A DNA stretch of 63,940 nucleotides, filler included, from Deltaproteobacteria bacterium (GTDB lineage Bacteria > JAUYMQ01): NCBI GenBank assembly GCA_030698575.1. It is 10 parts of 10 records of this genome, joined end to end, with 100 filler letters (N's around TTAATTAATTAA, not from the genome) between each part and the next. Parts side by side here need not be neighbours in the genome. Positions count along the whole stretch, not along the records: positions 37,474 to 42,408 come from JAUYMQ010000633.1; positions 42,509 to 45,278 come from JAUYMQ010000644.1; positions 45,379 to 48,491 come from JAUYMQ010000006.1; 7 more parts are not named here. One strand, written 5' to 3'. Positions 37,721 to 45,750 of this stretch are shown here, in pieces. The translations under genes and the position numbers were made by a program. Position 1 is the stretch's first letter. Each line of letters starts with the position of its first letter. A model generated the notes under the pieces. That model was given only the letters and a program-made list of their open reading frames with translations. It had not been told where the DNA came from and ran no database searches.

Positions 37721-38677
37721 TCAGGCCGCGCCGCTCGTGGAGATGAAATCGCAGACCGCTTCGGCCAGCAGCCCCGGCTGATCGTGATGAACCATGTGGC
37801 CCGCGTCGGCGATCTCACGCGTGCGCAGATCGCGGAAGCAGGACAGGCGGTCGCCCACGTCGAAATGGCGGAATGCGCTCTCGCCGCCCGTGAGGAACAG
37901 CACCGGGCACTCGACCCGCCGGAAGAAGGCCTGCGCCTGCGGCAGGTGGAAGGGCTGCGGCGCGCGCGTGCGATGGAGCGGATCGGATTTCCAGACGAGC
38001 CTGCCGTCCGGAAGAGCGCGCGTGCCACTCTTCGCCAGGTAGCGCGCCAGGTCGTCGCCGGGAAGCGGGTGGAGCCGCTGGAGGCTCTTCGCGGCCGCGT
38101 CGAGGCTTTCGACCTCTCCGTGCTCGCGCTTCCCGGCGCGGCGCACGCCCTCGAACCATTCCCTGTAGCGATCCGGCGCCTCCTCGATGTTGCCGGCCTG
38201 CGGGCCGACCCCCTCGATCACCACGAGCTGCGCCACCCGCTCGGGCCAGGCGCCCGCCACCACGCAGGCGGCCATGCCGCCCATCGAGTGGCCCAGGAGC
38301 GCAAAGCGCTTCGCGCCCACCGCGTCGGCCACCCCAAGCACGTCGAGCGTGTAGTCCGGAAAATGATAGTAGCCGCCCTGCACCCAGTCGCTGTCGCCGT
38401 GGCCGCGAAGATTCACCGCGATGACGGGGCGGGGCGCAACGCCGGCGGCCAAAGATTGTTCAAGGAACGCATCGACGAAGGGGACGAACGACCAGGCGTG
38501 ATCGAGAAAACCGTGGAGGAGGAGAAGCGGAAGCGAAGCGCCGTCGCCCGGCTTCGCGGGCGCACCGACGTTCCCGGGAAGATTCCAGGCGAGGTAGTGA
38601 ATCTCCATGCGGTTCACGCGAACGCGCCCTTCGCGCATCGTCATCTCTTCACCACTTCCGTCGAGCGGCCGCCGCAC
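37721..38677 (-). CDS. Alpha/beta hydrolase
   Basis: LLLHGFLDH, LRGHGDS, GHSMGG, AGHMVHHDQP; start may be near 38644. Confidence 0.9.
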   Translation of the reverse strand: MRRPLDGSGEEMTMREGRVRVNRMEIHYLAWNLPGNVGAPAKPGDGASLPLLLLHGFLDHAWSFVPFVDAFLEQSLAAGVAPRPVIAVNLRGHGDSDWVQGGYYHFPDYTLDVLGVADAVGAKRFALLGHSMGGMAACVVAGAWPERVAQLVVIEGVGPQAGNIEEAPDRYREWFEGVRRAGKREHGEVESLDAAAKSLQRLHPLPGDDLARYLAKSGTRALPDGRLVWKSDPLHRTRAPQPFHLPQAQAFFRRVECPVLFLTGGESAFRHFDVGDRLSCFRDLRTREIADAGHMVHHDQPGLLAEAVCDFISTSGAA

Positions 38678-38752
38678 CGCTTACTGGACAGGCGGTCCCG
38701 CCGGGGTTAGGGTCGATCTGAAGATCAATCAAAATGACAAAAGGAGCAACGC

Positions 38753-39700
38753 ATGGCCGCACCCAAGATCCGTTTCGGCGTCCAGACCGCGCCCCAGAAC
38801 TGCACCTGGGAAGATCTGGCCCGGGCCTGGGAGGAGCTGGACACACTCGGTTTCGACACCGCCTGGACTTTTGATCACTACGTCCCGATTTTCAGCGATC
38901 CCTCGGGGCCCTGCCTCGAGGGGTGGCTCACCCTGGCCGCCCTCGCGGCGCGAACGAAGAAACTGCGGCTCGGCACGCTTGTCACGGGTGTCACCTACCG
39001 CAACCCGGCGCACCTAGCCAAGCTCGGCGCCACGCTCGATCACATCAGCAACGGCCGTCTCGAGTTCGGAATTGGTGGCGCGTGGTTCGAGCCGGAACAC
39101 GATGCCTACAATTTCCCCTTCCCGCCTGTTGGCGAGCGCCTCGACATGCTCGACGAGGCGCTTCACATCATTCGCCAGATGTGGACGGAGAAGGCGCCGA
39201 GCTTTCAGGGGCGGCACTATAGCATCCGCGAAGCCCGCTGCGAGCCGAAGCCCGTGCAGAAGCCGCACCCGCCCATCCTCGTCGGGGGCGGGGGCGAGAA
39301 GAAGACGCTTCGCCTGGTGGCTCGCCACGCGCAGATGTGGAACGCCTTCGGCTCGGCCGAGGTGTTCGAGCGCAAGATTGGGATACTTGCCGATCACTGC
39401 AAGAAGGAAGGGACCGACGTCGACGCGATCGAGAAGAGCGTGCTCATCCCGGTTACGGTGACCGATGATCCCGAGGCGGCGAACCGGCTCGTGCGCGGCA
39501 TCAGCGGTTCGATGGGGCTTTCGGAGGAGCAGGCGCGGGCGCAGGTGCTCGCCGGAAATCCCGACGAGGTGGAGGCGCAGGTCCGTCGCTACCTGAAGGC
39601 CGGCGTGACGCACTTCATCGCCATGACCTTCGCCCCCTTCGACCGCCAGATGGTGGGGCTGCGGCGTTTCGCGAAGGAAGTGATTCCGAGATTCCGGTAG
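38753..39700 (+). CDS. Luciferase-like (LLM) oxidoreductase, probably F420-dependent class
   Basis: GFDTAWTFDH, EGW.TLAALAART, RLGTLVTGVTYRNP, P.PVQKPHPPILVGGGGEKKTL. Confidence 0.9.
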   Translation: MAAPKIRFGVQTAPQNCTWEDLARAWEELDTLGFDTAWTFDHYVPIFSDPSGPCLEGWLTLAALAARTKKLRLGTLVTGVTYRNPAHLAKLGATLDHISNGRLEFGIGGAWFEPEHDAYNFPFPPVGERLDMLDEALHIIRQMWTEKAPSFQGRHYSIREARCEPKPVQKPHPPILVGGGGEKKTLRLVARHAQMWNAFGSAEVFERKIGILADHCKKEGTDVDAIEKSVLIPVTVTDDPEAANRLVRGISGSMGLSEEQARAQVLAGNPDEVEAQVRRYLKAGVTHFIAMTFAPFDRQMVGLRRFAKEVIPRFR

Positions 39701-39703
39701 GGG

Positions 39704-40519
39704 CTACTCCTGGCTGCTCTCGGGATCGCCGGGGGTGACGCGGATTTCGGGCGGCGGGCGCAGTCCGCCTGCCTCCAGGCCGAGCGCGGCGCGCAGATCG
39801 ATGTCGGCCCCGGGCGTTCCCGGGTCGATGGCGGGATCGGGGCCAGGCATGCCGTCGGCTCCCCAGGTGAGAAAGACGCGCGAGCCCTTGCCGAGTTCGT
39901 AGTGGTAGTCGTAGCCCCAGGGGTCGTATTCGAGAGATGTGATTCCGTGCAACAGCGCCACTCGCCCGATGCGCGCCTGCAGCTCGCTGGCCGTGGCGGG
40001 CGGCGCCTCGGCGCTTGCCGCCAGGCGATCGAACGCAGCATCGACGAAGATGACGGTCTGCCGCGCGCGCAGCACGTTGTAAGTCTGGCTTCGCAGGAAG
40101 AGATGAATGCCGGCGACCAGCGCGATCGCGGCAACGATGCGGAGCACGTGCGGGAAAGCGTCGATGATGTGGATGAGCACGACGAAGCCGACCACGGCGG
40201 CCAGTCCGTAGACCGCGCCGGCCAGATCGACCGCAAAAATGCCGAGCATGCCGGCCGCGAGCCCAAGCCCCAGCGCGCCCGAACGCGGGGCCTTTCGGTC
40301 GACCTGCCCGAGCCAGGGGGCCGAGAGAGGCGCGCTCGCCATGCCCGCGATGATGCCGAACGCCGCCGCCACCCCGAGGCCCACGGCGAGCGCCGCCCAG
40401 GCCGGCTCGGCCGGATCGCGAAGATCCAGCACCAGGACGCGCAGGACCACCATCCCGCCATAGGTCAGCAGGAACCCGCCGGTGGTCAGTGCCCAGATCT
40501 TCAGGATGGCGCGGCTCAT
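39704..40519 (-). CDS. Multi-TM membrane protein with a GspG-like C-terminal domain
   Basis: About five hydrophobic segments, then DPWGYDYHY...TWGADGMPG...DID. Confidence 0.7.
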   Translation of the reverse strand: MSRAILKIWALTTGGFLLTYGGMVVLRVLVLDLRDPAEPAWAALAVGLGVAAAFGIIAGMASAPLSAPWLGQVDRKAPRSGALGLGLAAGMLGIFAVDLAGAVYGLAAVVGFVVLIHIIDAFPHVLRIVAAIALVAGIHLFLRSQTYNVLRARQTVIFVDAAFDRLAASAEAPPATASELQARIGRVALLHGITSLEYDPWGYDYHYELGKGSRVFLTWGADGMPGPDPAIDPGTPGADIDLRAALGLEAGGLRPPPEIRVTPGDPESSQE

Positions 40520-40537
40520 GGTGATACCCCTTTGCCG

Positions 40538-41398
40538 CTAGTCTAACCCGGATGCGCGTTGAAAGCCCTGGATCAGATCCCCGAGCCGCCGCGCGTGCTC
40601 TTCCTCCGCCGCGGCCATGAGGCGGAACTCGGAGGCGAGGACCTCCTCCTCCCAGGCCGCGAACTGTTCGGCGCTCCGTCCGTAGGATCGGATGGCGAAC
40701 CGCTCAAGCAGAAGATCGCACCGCAGCATCCACCGATCGCCCAGCCGCGCCGTCATCCAGCCAATCGCCGTCGATATGAGCGCGACGACCCCGCCGAGGC
40801 GAGGCCCCCGGGAGCCCAGGCGACCCAGCGCATCGAGCCCGGCCGAGGCGTGCTCGCGCTCCGTCTCGGCGAAATCTTGCAGCGCCTGGCCCAGCCCCAC
40901 CTGCCGCGCCGCATGCGCGTGCTGCTGGTAGATGGCGTCCGCGCCGAACTCGTTCAGCACGTCCCAGCGGATGCGGTGAACGAGCCGCAACAGCGGCGCC
41001 TGCGCGCCGCGCCGGAGCGCGATGAGCGCGCCGGTCGCGCCGAGCAACGCCAGGTTCTTGATGACGCCGCCATAGGGATCGAGCAGGACGGCCGGCGTCT
41101 GCACGACGAGGATCGCGCTGAAGCACGCAAGGAGCCCGAGCATCGTCCACAGAACGGGCAGGGCGAGGATGCCCAGGAAGAGAAGCAGGCCCAGCAGGAT
41201 CTCGAAGGCGCCCAGCATCGGAACGAGCGTCTCGGCGGGCATGGGAAGGAACGGGGCCGTGCGTGTGAAGGCTTCTATCTCGGCGGGACCCAGAAAAATG
41301 ATCTTGGGGAGCAGGCCCTCGAGCAGCCAGACGGCGGCGAGCGAGATACGAAGAAGGTCATCGGCCCGCACCAGCGCGCGATTGACCGTGGCGTCCAT
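40538..41398 (-). CDS. DoxX-like membrane domain fused to a Coq7/ferritin-like di-iron domain
   Basis: LRISLAAVWLLEGLLPK..DPYGGVIKNLALL, then EFGADAIY..EREH..ERFAIRSY..EEEH; GGAGGT SD. Confidence 0.8.
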   Translation of the reverse strand: MDATVNRALVRADDLLRISLAAVWLLEGLLPKIIFLGPAEIEAFTRTAPFLPMPAETLVPMLGAFEILLGLLLFLGILALPVLWTMLGLLACFSAILVVQTPAVLLDPYGGVIKNLALLGATGALIALRRGAQAPLLRLVHRIRWDVLNEFGADAIYQQHAHAARQVGLGQALQDFAETEREHASAGLDALGRLGSRGPRLGGVVALISTAIGWMTARLGDRWMLRCDLLLERFAIRSYGRSAEQFAAWEEEVLASEFRLMAAAEEEHARRLGDLIQGFQRASGLD

Positions 41399-41424
41399 CG
41401 ACTACCTCCGCCGGGGGGAGGCCC

Positions 41425-41844
41425 TTACTCGAAGAAGGCGCGAATGATCTCGCTGTTCTTTCTTATCTCTTCCATGTTTCCCTCGCGAGGAATCCACGGA
41501 AGTTTGATCGGATCGTTCGTATAGCGGGGAATGATGTGCATGTGAAAGTGGAAAACCGTTTGAAAGGCCTGGAGCCCGTTCGCCTGCAGCAGGTTGAGAC
41601 CGTCGGGCTCGAGCGTTTTGCGCACGGCGTCCGCCACGCGCTTGGTGACGTTCATGACGTCGGCGCACTCGGCCTCGCTCATCTCGTAGATGTTCTCGCG
41701 GTGCGCTTTGGGAACGACGAGGGAGTGTCCGCGCGTGGCGGGGTTGATGTCCATGAAGCAGAGCGTCCGCTCGTCCTCGTAGAGTTTCATCGAGGGGAGC
41801 TCGCCCCGGACTATCTTGCAGAAAACACAATGCCCTTCAGCCAT
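41425..41844 (-). CDS. HIT family nucleotide hydrolase
   Basis: CVFCKIV.GE.P, FMDINP..GHSLVVPK.H, QTVFHFHMHIIPR. Confidence 0.93.
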   Translation of the reverse strand: MAEGHCVFCKIVRGELPSMKLYEDERTLCFMDINPATRGHSLVVPKAHRENIYEMSEAECADVMNVTKRVADAVRKTLEPDGLNLLQANGLQAFQTVFHFHMHIIPRYTNDPIKLPWIPREGNMEEIRKNSEIIRAFFE

Positions 41845-41873
41845 GATCCTCTTGCCTCGTTTGTCCGACCCCG

Positions 41874-42326
41874 TCAGGCCTGCCCCTCGCAGCGCGCTTT
41901 CAGGCCCGCCAGCCCCGTCTTGTAGACCGAATGGTGCGGTCCGGCGCCCATGAGGCCAACCCCGATGTGGTTGATCAGGTTGTTCGAGCGCGCGTGGCAG
42001 GTGAACGTCGCCACGGTGAGGGCGCCCTGACGCTCGAAGGTCCACACGCCGGTTCCCACGTAGTCTCCCTCGTCGTAGGTCTCCTCGATGCGCTCGTTCG
42101 GGACGATCTTGCGGATCGTGCGGACGAAGTTCGGCTTGGGCTGGATGACGGGGATGTTGATCACGTGACGGACCCGCGTGCCTTCCTTGACCGGCCCGCC
42201 GCCTTCGACCTCGCACTGGTAGTGCTTCCACCAGGCGTGGTGATTCGCGTAGTCGAGAACGGCCTCGAACACCTTGTCTGCGGGTGCCTGGATGCTGATC
42301 GAGTCGACGGCGTCAAGCTTTGGCAT
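41874..42326 (-). CDS. SRPBCC/START-fold protein
   Basis: SISIQAPADKVFEAVLDY....WW and G.G.WTFE. Confidence 0.8.
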   Translation of the reverse strand: MPKLDAVDSISIQAPADKVFEAVLDYANHHAWWKHYQCEVEGGGPVKEGTRVRHVINIPVIQPKPNFVRTIRKIVPNERIEETYDEGDYVGTGVWTFERQGALTVATFTCHARSNNLINHIGVGLMGAGPHHSVYKTGLAGLKARCEGQA

Positions 42327-42368
42327 CGTGTTCCTCCGGCATGTTGGGGCGCGAGTTTAACACGCCCG

Positions 42369-42408
42369 CGCATGTCATTGCGAGGAGCGAGCACGGTAAG
42401 CCCCTGCC
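42369..42408 (+). repeat. Left arm of a TGTCATTGCGAG-type palindromic repeat, cut by the contig end
   Basis: CGCATGTCATTGCGAGG is the exact reverse complement of 43278-43294 and 45637-45653. Confidence 0.75.
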
Positions 42409-42517
42409 NNNNNNNNNNNNNNNNNNNNNNNNNNNNNNNNNNNNNNNNNNNNTTAATTAATTAANNNNNNNNNNNNNNNNNNNNNNNNNNNNNNNNNNNN
42501 NNNNNNNNGTCAGTTGA

Positions 42518-42660
42518 ATGGGGTCAGGCACCTTTATTTTAGCGGTGCGCTCTGGATGAAACAGCCTGGCCTCCGATCTCGCTAAAATAAAGATGCCAGA
42601 CCCCACCCGTTAAAATAACGGTGCCAGACCCCGCCCGCTAAAATAAAGATGCCAGACCCC
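42518..42660. repeat. REP/REPIN-like cluster A, copy 1
   Basis: GGGGTCAGGCACCTTTATTTTAGCG, spacer, then three inverted CGCTAAAATAAAGATGCCAGACCCC-type units at 28-bp period. Confidence 0.9.
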
Positions 42661-42661
42661 A

Positions 42662-43222
42662 CTACTTCACCAGCGCATCCATCTCGGACTGGAGGTCCTG
42701 TAAACGCTTCTCGTCGGCGGCGCGGGCCGCGGGGGAGCCGGACCGGGCGCGGGACTGGATGGCGAGGGTCTCGGTGCGGATGGCCTCGAGCTTCGCCTCG
42801 CGCGCGTTGCCGTCGCCCACCTGAAGCTTGGCGAGCGCCTCGTTGATCTTGGCCGCCTCGGCGGCCTGCCGGGCCTGCTCTTCCTTCGCGAACTTTGCAA
42901 ACGCCCCCTTCCGCGAGACCAGATCGGGCGCCTGGCCCTCGGCGCGGCTCCGCTGCACCGCCGTCAAGGGCTCTCCGAGCTTGCCGGCTGCCCCGCGCAG
43001 CGCAGCACCAGGCGCAACCCGCATCTTGTCAGCGGCGGCCGGCATCCGGCGCATAACACCGGCCGGCGCATCGGGGGCCGCGCCCCGCGTTGATGGCGCC
43101 TCGGTCGTGGCCGGCGCATCGGTGTCCATTTGTCGCAGGCTTTCCTCCGATCCGCGCGGCGCCAGGAACACCAGGGCGAGCAGCATCGGCAGAAGCAGTG
43201 CGCGGTGATTTCGAAACCCCAT
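42662..43222 (-). CDS. Exported Ala-rich coiled-coil hypothetical protein
   Basis: GAGGAG SD before ATG 43222, signal-like segment, helical C-terminus. Confidence 0.65.
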   Translation of the reverse strand: MGFRNHRALLLPMLLALVFLAPRGSEESLRQMDTDAPATTEAPSTRGAAPDAPAGVMRRMPAAADKMRVAPGAALRGAAGKLGEPLTAVQRSRAEGQAPDLVSRKGAFAKFAKEEQARQAAEAAKINEALAKLQVGDGNAREAKLEAIRTETLAIQSRARSGSPAARAADEKRLQDLQSEMDALVK

Positions 43223-43248
43223 GATCGTTCTCCTCTTCCTAGTAGCGC

Positions 43249-43294
43249 GGGGGATTGCTTCGGCCCCCCTTCGGGGGCCTCGCAATGACATGCG
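43249..43294 (+). repeat. Right half of the TGTCATTGCGAG-type palindromic repeat
   Basis: GGGGATTGCTTCG-hairpin-CCTCGCAATGACATGCG. Confidence 0.8.
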
Positions 43295-43312
43295 ATGCGC
43301 ACGCGCCGCGCG

Positions 43313-44473
43313 TCACTTGTAAGGCACGCCCTTCGGGCCGACGATGAAGATGTCGCAGCTGTAAGTGGCCAGCTGCCCCTTGCCGAGGTGCCAGTTGACC
43401 TTCGGGCTCCACGAAGTCGCGCCCTCGGTGAAACCCGCCCCGAGCGTGGCGACCTTCTCGTTGTACAGCGAGCCGCTCACGAACCCGCCGAGATCGTAGA
43501 GCGCCCAGCCGTTCTTGAGGCTGATCTGGTACTGGTCGGTGCCCATGCCGAGGCCCATGCCGAGGCCGGCCGCGCCCTCGTGCCAGCCGCAGAGGCTCGC
43601 CCCCGCCTTGACGACGCAGCCCGTCCAGGGCTCGTTGGTCGCGACGGTGGCGCCGGGGCCCATCTTAACTGTCCAGTTGCACGTGTTCTGCTGGGCCGTG
43701 GCCGCGCAGGTCGTGGCGCCCACGTCGCCGGCCTTCAGGCGCACGACATCGCGCTTCGCCCGGAACTTGAGCGCGAAGGGCTCCGACTTCTGGCCACCGC
43801 TCGTCTCGACGACCAGCTTGGCCGTGTGATCGCTTACGCCCGCAATGTCGCTCGGCACCTGGAAGCCGATGCCCTTGGGCGCCCACTGCACTACGTTGAG
43901 CTGGCGTGAGCCGAAATCGCCCGTGAGCGTGCCCTTGCCCATCGTGCTCCCGAAGCCCGAGCCGAAGGCGATGAAGGTCATGCCCGGCTCGACCAGGCCG
44001 AGCCCTCCCGTCACCTTCGGAACCAGGTAGGCCGCCAGCGCCTTCAGAATGTTGGCGGCCGCCATGCTCGCTGTGTTCCCGGCCGGTTGCTTCGCCGAGG
44101 GCAAGTCGGCACCGCCCTTGGCCTTGACGGTGAGGTTCGCTGTGGCGCTCCCCTGGCAGCCCTTTCCCGGCGACGCGGTGACCGTGTAGGTCTTCGCCGC
44201 GGCGAACTTGTGCGGCGGTGGGCTGGTGTTGACCGACTTGTTGAAATCGACCGGGGCGAGCTTCTGCGCCGGCGAGCCGTCGCCGTAGTCGAGTGTCACC
44301 TCCGGGCAGCTCCCCTGTCCCGAGAGGGTCGCCTGCACCCCCTGGTTGATCTCAGCGGGGTTCGGCTGGAGCGAGAGGCCCGTGAGGGTGCCGGCTGCGC
44401 GCGCGGGTGCAGGGGTCAGGAGCAACGCGATGGCGGCAAGCGCCGGCGCGGCAAGACTTCTCGTGCTTTTCAT
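43313..44473 (-). CDS. Secreted protein with PKD-like and IPT/TIG-like beta domains
   Basis: Signal peptide (ARA), LDYGDGS..HKF...KTYTVT (PKD-like), G.GFG...G....VVQW....I.FQVP (IPT-like), Cys-containing C-terminal domain. Confidence 0.75.
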   Translation of the reverse strand: MKSTRSLAAPALAAIALLLTPAPARAAGTLTGLSLQPNPAEINQGVQATLSGQGSCPEVTLDYGDGSPAQKLAPVDFNKSVNTSPPPHKFAAAKTYTVTASPGKGCQGSATANLTVKAKGGADLPSAKQPAGNTASMAAANILKALAAYLVPKVTGGLGLVEPGMTFIAFGSGFGSTMGKGTLTGDFGSRQLNVVQWAPKGIGFQVPSDIAGVSDHTAKLVVETSGGQKSEPFALKFRAKRDVVRLKAGDVGATTCAATAQQNTCNWTVKMGPGATVATNEPWTGCVVKAGASLCGWHEGAAGLGMGLGMGTDQYQISLKNGWALYDLGGFVSGSLYNEKVATLGAGFTEGATSWSPKVNWHLGKGQLATYSCDIFIVGPKGVPYK

Positions 44474-44542
44474 GGGCGCGATCCTCGTATGAATCGGGAG
44501 CGGGATGGTAATAGCGCGGCGCGACGGAGAGCAATCAAATTA

Positions 44543-44677
44543 ATGGGGTCAGGCACCTTTTCATGGGGTCAGGCACCTTTATTTTAGCGGTTCCCTCTGG
44601 ATGAGACAGCCTGGCCTCCAATCCCGCTAAAATAAAGATGCCAGACCCCTCCCGCTAAAATAAAGGTGCCTGACCCC
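44543..44677. repeat. REP/REPIN-like cluster A, copy 2
   Basis: Two GGGGTCAGGCACCTTT left arms, a spacer similar to copy 1 and two inverted right arms; same orientation as copy 1. Confidence 0.9.
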
Positions 44678-44766
44678 AATGCCGGCATCGGTGGTTAGCT
44701 CCGCCGGGGTGTGGCATCATGCGCGGGTCACGCAAACCGGAAACCTGACGCCTGCAAGCGAACTCC

Positions 44767-45278
44767 ATGACGCCGAACGAAGCACCTTCCAGCGGCCGCG
44801 CCGAAGCGGGCTCGAGCCGACCGCCCGGCAGCGGGCTGGTCCGCGAGGGGCTCCTGCGCGGGCTCTTCTTCGGGCTGAGCTATGCCGTGGCCGAGGCGAT
44901 CCTCTACGTGCCGGCGGCCCTCCGCATGCACCTGCAGGCGCCGCTGTACGCCATCCTGAACGCTCTCGCCTTCGACCTGGTCGCGGGCGCCCTGCTGGCT
45001 CTTGCGCTGAGTCCTATGCTCGGGCGCAAGCGCGGCGGGCTCTGGCACACCCTCCTCTGCATCGGCGCATTGAGCGCGATCGTCCTCTGGCTCTCGCCCA
45101 GGTTCATGACAGCCATGGCGATGGCGGGGATCATGCTGACGCTCACGCTCGCCTTGCACGCGACCGGCCTCTGGATGCGCCGCCGCCCGGCCCTCGCGAA
45201 ACTGAGCCTGCCCGCCGCGCTCATCCTTTTCGTGGCGGCCTACGGCGTGCCGCGCGCGCTCACCCCCACGCCGCCGGT
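44767..45278 (+). CDS. Multi-TM N-terminus of a membrane protein, possibly a membrane-anchored sulfatase (3' truncated)
   Basis: About five TM segments, then a Pro-rich linker at the contig end; no catalytic domain visible. Confidence 0.55.
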
Positions 45279-45416
45279 NNNNNNNNNNNNNNNNNNNNNN
45301 NNNNNNNNNNNNNNNNNNNNNNTTAATTAATTAANNNNNNNNNNNNNNNNNNNNNNNNNNNNNNNNNNNNNNNNNNNNGCGCGAGGGGGTGCGTCGCCTT
45401 TCGCGCCGCGCGGGGG

Positions 45417-45554
45417 CGGGACCCGCCGAGCACGGGAAGCCCGGGCGACGCCGCTGCGCTCCGCGGACACGGGACCGCCGAGCACGGGAAGCCCGGGCGA
45501 CGCCGCTGCGCTCCGCGGACACGGGACCGCCGAGCACGGGAAGCCCGGGCGACG
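45417..45554. repeat. 52-bp tandem repeat (about 2.6 copies)
   Basis: CCGCCGAGCACGGGAAGCCCGGGCGACGCCGCTGCGCTCCGCGGACACGGGA starting at 45423, 45475 and 45527. Confidence 0.92.
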
Positions 45555-45573
45555 TTCCCGCGGCGAGCGCGGA

Positions 45574-45653
45574 GGGGATTGCTTCGTCGGGCCTCTATTA
45601 CGTTCTCTCGGCCCGCGCTCCGCGCGGGACCTCGGGCCTCGCAATGACATGCG
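45574..45653 (+). repeat. Right half of the TGTCATTGCGAG-type palindromic repeat
   Basis: GGGGATTGCTTCG...CCTCGCAATGACATGCG. Confidence 0.8.
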
Positions 45654-45690
45654 GGCAGCGATCGACGACAGGCGGGGAGGCGCCGGCCAT

Positions 45691-45731
45691 AGAAAAGGGC
45701 CGGAGGCGCCGCACGGCGCGCCCGGCCCTTT
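45691..45731 (-). terminator. Rho-independent terminator of the aldolase gene
   Basis: AAAGGGCCGG..CCGGCCCTTT stem with a U-tail on the minus strand. Confidence 0.75.
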
Positions 45732-45750
45732 GATCAGACGTCGGCCTTGC

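Noticed and set aside
42580-42660. Possible mini-CRISPR (25-bp repeats)
   Set aside because: The gaps are only 3 nt and an inverted partner exists; this fits REP-type repeats.
45417-45554. Possible CRISPR array
   Set aside because: The units are identical over the full 52 bp with no unique spacers, and no cas genes are visible; it is a tandem repeat.
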